A DNA stretch of 64,000 nt, taken from the NCBI GenBank assembly GCA_965223865.1, contig OZ245020.1, positions 1,248,001 through 1,312,000 of the forward strand, read 5' to 3'. Origin of the DNA: Nitrosarchaeum sp. Lineage in GTDB: Archaea > Thermoproteota > Nitrososphaeria > Nitrososphaerales > Nitrosopumilaceae. The notes beneath the pieces were generated by a model. It did no database searches. It was not told where the DNA came from and worked only from the letters and a program-made list of their open reading frames with translations. Every line of letters starts with the position of its first letter. The stretch's first letter is position 1. Below, piece after piece: positions 58,286 to 64,000 of this stretch. The translations under genes were made by a program, and so were the position numbers.

Positions 58286-60142
58286 TTACACCATAAGTTG
58301 TGGTCTCTGAGATAGATACTTTGGAAGATTCAAACCAGAAAATGGTTTTCCTTTGGTTTGTTCATTTACTTCATTGATAAAATCATCAAATGACAATTCT
58401 CTGACATTTCTTGTCATTCTGTCACGAATACTAAGATTTTCTGAATTTGTTTCTTTTTCACCAATTACCAAGATGTATCGTATCCATTCTTTTTCAGCTT
58501 CTCGAATTCTTTTTCCTATGCTCTCATTTCTATCATCAACATCAACTCGAATGTTTTGTTTTGATATTTTCTCAGAAAGTTTGTTGGAAAAATCAAAAAA
58601 TTCCTCTTTTAATGGAATTACCCTTACTTGTGTTGGTGCAAGCCATAAGGGATATTGTGGCTTTCTTCCTTCTTTGGAATCTTTTGCTGCCTTTTCTAGC
58701 AATGCATAGATAATTCTCTCAATTGCACCGCTTGGAGAATTGTGTAAAATTATTGGATTTTTTGGAACATTGTTCTCATCGACAAATTCTATTCCATATC
58801 TATTTCCATTTTCAACATCTATTTGATCAGTAGATAATGCAGATGCTTTTCCAAGATTATCCACATAGTTAAATTCCCATTTTAAAACAAAATAGAAAAA
58901 CTTCTCTTTCCACATCTCAACTAGAACTGGCTTACCATGTTTTTTTACCAGTTCTTCAATAGATGACTTGTTTTCATTGTAATAGTCTTCAGTAAATCTA
59001 ATTGCCATCTCATAGTCAGATTCTTCAATTCCAAGTTCTTTTAGAACATCTCTTGATAAATCAAATCTGACCTTTATTTCCTCTATTGCTTGTTTCAAAT
59101 CTTTACAAAATGCATGACAATCAGGCATGGTAAATGCGCGTAATCTACGTAATCCTACTAATTCTCCAGATTGTTCACGTCTAAAAGAATAACGAGTAAG
59201 CTCGTATAACCGATATGGTAGATTTTTGTAAGACATTTGAAATTCGTTTGCCATTAGGAATTGCCCAAAACACGCAGCAAATCTCAAAAAGAGCTTTTTT
59301 CCTTCTGAATCAATATTGTATTGTCTTGCGGGAAATCTGTTGAAATAACTTACCATGCTTGGATGATGTGAATCATACATAATTGGAGTTTCAACTTCAA
59401 ACCCTCCATACTCTTTTACTCTTTCTGTAACATATCTTTCAATCAATGATTTTATCAAACGGCCATTTGGAAAGAATCGCATATTTCCAGAGTCTGATGC
59501 TGGTTCATAATCCGCAATTGCCATCTTTTTCATCAAAGCAACATGTGGTGGTGGTTCATCAACACTTCGTTTTTTTGCGGCTTCATATTTTGCAAGCACT
59601 TCTAATTTTTTGTGTTTTGAAAAATTAAATTCAGAAACATCAGTCATCGTTCCATCTGGAGAAAGTATTTTCCAAAAAGATTTGATTTTAGATTCTCCTT
59701 TCAAAGCCTCAGAAGTAATTTCTTTTTCTTGTCCCGATTCTGTTGTTATTACTTTGGAGCTCTCTGCAAGTGGATGTCCTTTTACTTGAACTTTATAGGA
59801 TTTTGTCCAACCAAAAGGAGAATGAGAAACATCAAGACCTAATGCCAATGATTCCATCTCTTTTAGTATAGACATTGCAGTAGATGGTGCTGCCAAATTT
59901 GAACTCAAATGAGCATAAGGATACAAGAGCAATTTTTTACAACCAATTTTTTCCATTGAATCTTTAATCTGAGATATGGCCTTTTGTGCAACAGATGAAT
60001 CATCTCCATCTTCAATTGCTACAAAGGCAACAACAATCTCTTCTAGCTTTTTGGTTTCTGGCACAATATCTTCCGCAGTTTTGATCTCTTTTTTGGTAGG
60101 AGTATACTCTATACTATCACAATGAAGTTGTAATATGCGCAC
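58286..60142 (-). CDS. thrS: Threonyl-tRNA synthetase (archaeal type with N-terminal editing domain)
   Basis: MRILQLH, YPYAHLS, FLRFAACFG, RLRAFTMPD, WLAPTQV. Confidence 0.96.
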   Translation of the reverse strand: MRILQLHCDSIEYTPTKKEIKTAEDIVPETKKLEEIVVAFVAIEDGDDSSVAQKAISQIKDSMEKIGCKKLLLYPYAHLSSNLAAPSTAMSILKEMESLALGLDVSHSPFGWTKSYKVQVKGHPLAESSKVITTESGQEKEITSEALKGESKIKSFWKILSPDGTMTDVSEFNFSKHKKLEVLAKYEAAKKRSVDEPPPHVALMKKMAIADYEPASDSGNMRFFPNGRLIKSLIERYVTERVKEYGGFEVETPIMYDSHHPSMVSYFNRFPARQYNIDSEGKKLFLRFAACFGQFLMANEFQMSYKNLPYRLYELTRYSFRREQSGELVGLRRLRAFTMPDCHAFCKDLKQAIEEIKVRFDLSRDVLKELGIEESDYEMAIRFTEDYYNENKSSIEELVKKHGKPVLVEMWKEKFFYFVLKWEFNYVDNLGKASALSTDQIDVENGNRYGIEFVDENNVPKNPIILHNSPSGAIERIIYALLEKAAKDSKEGRKPQYPLWLAPTQVRVIPLKEEFFDFSNKLSEKISKQNIRVDVDDRNESIGKRIREAEKEWIRYILVIGEKETNSENLSIRDRMTRNVRELSFDDFINEVNEQTKGKPFSGLNLPKYLSQRPQLMV

Positions 60143-60302
60143 ATTTTCAGACTCAAATTATAATTGAATTAAATCTTTGGCTCTTTTTAGAATAATTTTT
60201 GATTGATCAGGCATGTTAATTCCAGTTAGGCCAAATTCAAACAAACCTTTTCTGTCGTTTGGTTAAACAAAAATTTTTGTTAAAATAAAAATTAAAGAAA
60301 AA

Positions 60303-61292
60303 TTATTGATTTTTGAGACTTTCAAGAGTATCAAGCATTACTCTAATTTGTTCTTGAATTATTAATTCTAGATTTTGTAATCTCTCAGTTAGTTCTCTGA
60401 TTTGTTGACGTAGTGCTTTATTTTCCTCTCTTAGTTCTTCAAGTTCTGTTTGCTCATCATTGCTCTCATCTGAATCATCATTGGTTTCAACTTTATCTTC
60501 AAATTCAAAAGTAATAACTTCTTCAATTTCTTCTACAGTCAAGTCAGTTCTAGATGCAATTTCGTCAATGATATCTTGCTTATTACTCCAGTCCATTTCA
60601 AACTCGAGTTCTTTATCATCGTAATATACTTCGACTTTAGCAGTATTGTCTTCAACTTCTACTTCTATCTCAAGTTCATCATTGCTCTCATCTGAATCAT
60701 CATTGGTTTCAACTTTATCTTCAAATTCAAAAGTAATAACTTCTTCAATTTCTTCTACAGTCAAGTCAGTTCTAGATGCAATTTCGTCAATGATATCTTG
60801 CTTATTACTCCAGTCCATTTCAAACTCGAGTTCTTTATCATCGTAATATACTTCGACTTTAGCAGTATTGTCTTCAACTTCTACTTCTATCTCAAGTTCA
60901 TCATTGCTCTCATCTGAATCATCATTGGTTTCAACTGAATCAAACATTACACGAATCACGGTAGTTCCAGTACTCTTGAGATCCTCTTTAATCGAATTAG
61001 ATTGGTCGTCTACTTTACATGCAACTTCAACTTTAGAAACACTAGATGGAACATATCCTGAAGCCACACCGCCAGCGTTTGTTTGAACTTCTAATTCTTT
61101 CTCGTTATCATCAGATGTTTCCCATTCAATTACACATTTAGCTCCTAGTGGCTCATTGTTAGAATTTCTTACTTGAATCAGAACTTTTTTGTCTTTATCA
61201 TTTACAGCAAAGGAATTTCCAATTTCTCCTCCTACTAGACCAGTTACTAAAACTATCATGAGAAAAAATGTAGATAGTCTAAAACCCTTCAT
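60303..61292 (-). CDS. Secreted acidic protein with a duplicated 74-aa module and C-terminal coiled coil
   Basis: Signal peptide; exact repeats; LEELREENKALRQQI. Confidence 0.8.
   Translation of the reverse strand: MKGFRLSTFFLMIVLVTGLVGGEIGNSFAVNDKDKKVLIQVRNSNNEPLGAKCVIEWETSDDNEKELEVQTNAGGVASGYVPSSVSKVEVACKVDDQSNSIKEDLKSTGTTVIRVMFDSVETNDDSDESNDELEIEVEVEDNTAKVEVYYDDKELEFEMDWSNKQDIIDEIASRTDLTVEEIEEVITFEFEDKVETNDDSDESNDELEIEVEVEDNTAKVEVYYDDKELEFEMDWSNKQDIIDEIASRTDLTVEEIEEVITFEFEDKVETNDDSDESNDEQTELEELREENKALRQQIRELTERLQNLELIIQEQIRVMLDTLESLKNQ
60454..60936. repeat. Exact 222-bp tandem repeat (about 2.2 copies)
   Basis: Unit starts at 60454, 60676 and 60898; copies look identical by eye. Confidence 0.9.
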
Positions 61293-61454
61293 TGTCGATT
61301 AGACTACAAGTTGGCATATATCCAATTCTAATTTTTGTTGAGCAATCATTAAGTATGATAAAACTTTGGTTTTTATGTTAATTTTAGTAATTTTTAAACT
61401 TGTACTTCCGATTATTCAGGCTTGAAATTTTCTATATTATGTTGAATTTTAATA

Positions 61455-62075
61455 TTGATCGATGAAAAGGATAGTCTTTTCTATTATGATAATAAACAAG
61501 TAAGAATGGAATTTGATCCAATTGATCATTTGATTTGTAGTTTAACAAATAAAAGAAAAACAAGTCTACAAGAGATTATCAAAACGGCAAATGAAAATCC
61601 TGATATGATAATTAACTTGATAAATTACGGAATTTCAAAAAACATTCTAACTGAAATCAGAGAAAATTCTGACACATTTTACACATTAACTCAATATGGA
61701 GAAGAACAACTAAAAATAATGAGTTCCAAAATAATAGACGGTTGGAACACCATTATAAAAGCCGTACAATCAAAGGACATAGATACTTTTGTAAAAATGG
61801 TAAAAGAAAATGAAAATTGGATTAAATATTTACGATATACAAAAATGATTCCTACAGAAGATGCTGATTTTGTTCTTAATTCTTATAAAGAAATCATAAA
61901 ATCCAGACAAAAGAAAAAGACAAGTTCTGATGTATCTCGATTACAAACTGATGCAGAAATAGAAAGAACAAGAGTGCTTACAGAGCAACAATGGAAGTTT
62001 GATGATCAAAATTATGAAATTACTAGAGAATACAACGAATATGTTGATACAAATTATTACGATAACAACTACTAA
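61455..62075 (+). CDS. Hypothetical protein with winged-helix-like N-terminus
   Basis: FYTLTQYGEEQL wing motif. Confidence 0.6.
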   Translation: MIDEKDSLFYYDNKQVRMEFDPIDHLICSLTNKRKTSLQEIIKTANENPDMIINLINYGISKNILTEIRENSDTFYTLTQYGEEQLKIMSSKIIDGWNTIIKAVQSKDIDTFVKMVKENENWIKYLRYTKMIPTEDADFVLNSYKEIIKSRQKKKTSSDVSRLQTDAEIERTRVLTEQQWKFDDQNYEITREYNEYVDTNYYDNNY

Positions 62076-62228
62076 TTCCATTTTTAGGCTTAGATTCAAA
62101 ATATTTTCTGAATGAGTCGAAGTTTTATTGTAAAAGTACTATTACGATAATAGTTTTTTATTTTGGTGCCTAGTTGTCTAAGAAATTCTACGTATTCCTT
62201 TTTAGTCAAAAATGTCCTAAAATACAAT

Positions 62229-62290
62229 CAAGAAGCAGGACGATCTCTTGTTCGGCCCACTAGTCAAACATCATGTGAACCTGCTTCTTG
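62229..62290 (-). ncRNA. Candidate structured small RNA (hairpin element F, resembles A)
   Basis: Perfect 11-bp stem CAAGAAGCAGG/CCTGCTTCTTG; inner stems need G-U pairs on the minus strand. Confidence 0.45.
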
Positions 62291-62514
62291 GTAATGTTGA
62301 ACTCTTTTTAGTAATATTCTAAAAAGATTTCTCTACTTTTGTTCATCTTGATTTTTTCCTGAAAAAAATAACAACACTGCCTAATAATTGCCACTCAAAG
62401 AAGTAAAAATCATAACATCATGCTTTCATAAATTGAGTTTTACTTGCTTTAGCAATTCCAAAAATATCTGAATTCTGCAATGCTCTTTAATACTAGTATG
62501 TATTATCAATATTA

Positions 62515-62646
62515 ATGCAAGTAGTACATACTAAATTAAATCAAAATAAAGTAATTCCATTGTCTTGTGGATGTACTATAGATGATAAAACTGCTGAACT
62601 TAGAAAAATGTGTAAGCAGCACGAGGAAGCTTATTTTATGAGCTAA
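62515..62646 (+). CDS. 43-aa CGC-x12-CKxH microprotein
   Basis: MQVVHTKLNQNKVIPLSCGCTIDDKTAELRKMCKQHEEAYFMS; tttaata about 25 nt upstream. Confidence 0.65.
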   Translation: MQVVHTKLNQNKVIPLSCGCTIDDKTAELRKMCKQHEEAYFMS

Positions 62647-62788
62647 AAAATAACTCCTCATTTTTTATAATAACACATGTCAATTTTATTTTCATATTGT
62701 TCCTATTAAGAGATTGATTGAGCTATTTCGGGCTCTTTTTGGCTTATCATTTTTGATAACCCCCGCATGTAATTTTGTGCAAAGGTAG

Positions 62789-63784
62789 TTACTGGTTGAG
62801 ATGATACCACACACATCCTAAAACTTCACAGTCATGGCAGTCTTTTGCAAGTTCCCATTGAGGCGCATCCCATATCTCACTTACACTTTTTTCTAGTAGA
62901 TTATACGAGTTTTTTGGATCAGTATACTTCCAGCAAGGCACCATTACAGTTCCATTAGCATTAACAAAGATGCTTTTCCATACTCCACATTCATCAAAAA
63001 CTCCTCTCCCATGCTCTAATATTTGCTCAAAGTATTGTGGAGGCAACATTATCTGTGGATACTTTTTTTCCTTAATGTGCTCTAAGACACTTTGGCAAAT
63101 TTTTTCAATTGTTTTTCTATCAGGTAATAATGAATAATCTACATCAGACCTATCCTCTACAAAGGTAAGTGATACAGAATTTACTCCCAATTTTCTTGCC
63201 TTTTCAAAATAAGTTCCATCAATGAATTCATCAGTATTAAATTTGGTAATTACACTGTTAAAATAATGGGGAATTTTGTGCTCATTTAACAGCATTAAAT
63301 TATCCATGACTTTGTTGTATGTTTCAGAATTTACTCCTCTAACTTGACAGTATGACTTTTCATGAACTGAATCAATACTGCATGTAATGAATTGAATGTA
63401 TTGTTTTAGTTCATCAAGGTCAAGTGTGTGTAATAATGAGCAATTTGTAATCATTGTAATTGGAATTTTCAAGCTGTATAGATGGCGAACCAATTCCATA
63501 AAATCGGGTCGACTTGTAGGTTCTCCACCTTCTACTATACTCCAAATACAATAAGGTGATACCTTTTCAAAAATTTGTTTCCATTGCTGTGTTGTTAGAT
63601 CATTTTTTTGTGCAAATTTTATTTGTGCCTCTTTGTCAGGATCTCCAAAAGGACACATTGGGCAATAGTAATTGCAGTAATTAGTAAGGCTAAAAACCCC
63701 AATTAGTGGACGGCGTTTTCCAATCATGCGATTTGCAGACCACCTTCCAACTTTGTTTATAGTTTTGATGATGTCTACTGGCAC
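62789..63784 (-). CDS. Radical SAM protein with SPASM/twitch-like C-terminus; may extend to 62706 via a frameshift
   Basis: CNYYCPMC, GGEP, ECG...VNANG..PC...CHDC..GC. Confidence 0.88.
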   Translation of the reverse strand: MPVDIIKTINKVGRWSANRMIGKRRPLIGVFSLTNYCNYYCPMCPFGDPDKEAQIKFAQKNDLTTQQWKQIFEKVSPYCIWSIVEGGEPTSRPDFMELVRHLYSLKIPITMITNCSLLHTLDLDELKQYIQFITCSIDSVHEKSYCQVRGVNSETYNKVMDNLMLLNEHKIPHYFNSVITKFNTDEFIDGTYFEKARKLGVNSVSLTFVEDRSDVDYSLLPDRKTIEKICQSVLEHIKEKKYPQIMLPPQYFEQILEHGRGVFDECGVWKSIFVNANGTVMVPCWKYTDPKNSYNLLEKSVSEIWDAPQWELAKDCHDCEVLGCVWYHLNQ

Positions 63785-63845
63785 AAGTTTACGTATAAAT
63801 TCGGCTTTTTAACATTTACAGAAAGACTCTTTTTTAAAAATTAGG

Positions 63846-64000
63846 TTACTTTTTTTCTTCATCTAAATGATTTTTCAGAGTAATTAATGAACGCAAAATT
63901 AAACCCGAAATTCCTAAATTTGATATTAGAAATTTGACCGTTCTGTTAAGTGCATTCTTCCCACGAAATCCTTCATCATATACCATTTCAACTGAACCCT
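63846..64000 (-). CDS. 3-prime end of an unidentified gene
   Basis: Open frame GSVEMVYDEGFRGKNALNRT...HLDEEKK-stop running in from the window edge. Confidence 0.55.
   Translation of the reverse strand, partial: GSVEMVYDEGFRGKNALNRTVKFLISNLGISGLILRSLITLKNHLDEEKK

Noticed and set aside
60454-60936. Repeat as a CRISPR array
   Set aside because: Intervening segments are identical, in frame and within a CDS; no cas genes
1-64000. tRNA, rRNA, transposase or integrase genes
   Set aside because: None recognised by eye; a tRNAscan-SE/Rfam/ISfinder run would be needed to exclude divergent ones

Overview
AT-rich archaeal window, most likely from an ammonia-oxidising Nitrosopumilus-like member of the Nitrososphaerota (Thaumarchaeota). 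Evidence: archaeal aRF1, S26e, PurP, archaeal-type ThrRS, a PEFG-CTERM-like tail, the IPxWIKNNAxWW domain and a trpEGDCBA operon. Core genes lie at both ends: aspS, purP, phnDCE-like ABC, cbtAB, aRF1, ilvD and a DinG/Rad3-like helicase; then trp, pyrG, NAD kinase, rps26e, speB and thrS. They flank an accessory region (about 17-45 kb) rich in unannotated Cys/His microproteins, USPs, a Cu(I) ATPase, ion transporters and gene remnants. Best leads: (1) a membrane protein with two AmoC/PmoC-like D-x3-H-x12-H motifs transcribed divergently from CopA; (2) a stand-alone voltage-sensor-like (S1-S4) protein directly upstream of a CPA2 antiporter; (3) two pairs of dispersed intergenic hairpin elements with shared motifs and covariation, which are candidate sRNA families; (4) a candidate operator shared by phnD and its wHTH regulator pair, plus an apparent ACG start for phnE; (5) a paralogous CGC-x12-CKxH microprotein pair. 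No tRNA, rRNA, CRISPR array or transposase was recognised. All family assignments come from motif recognition, not database searches.
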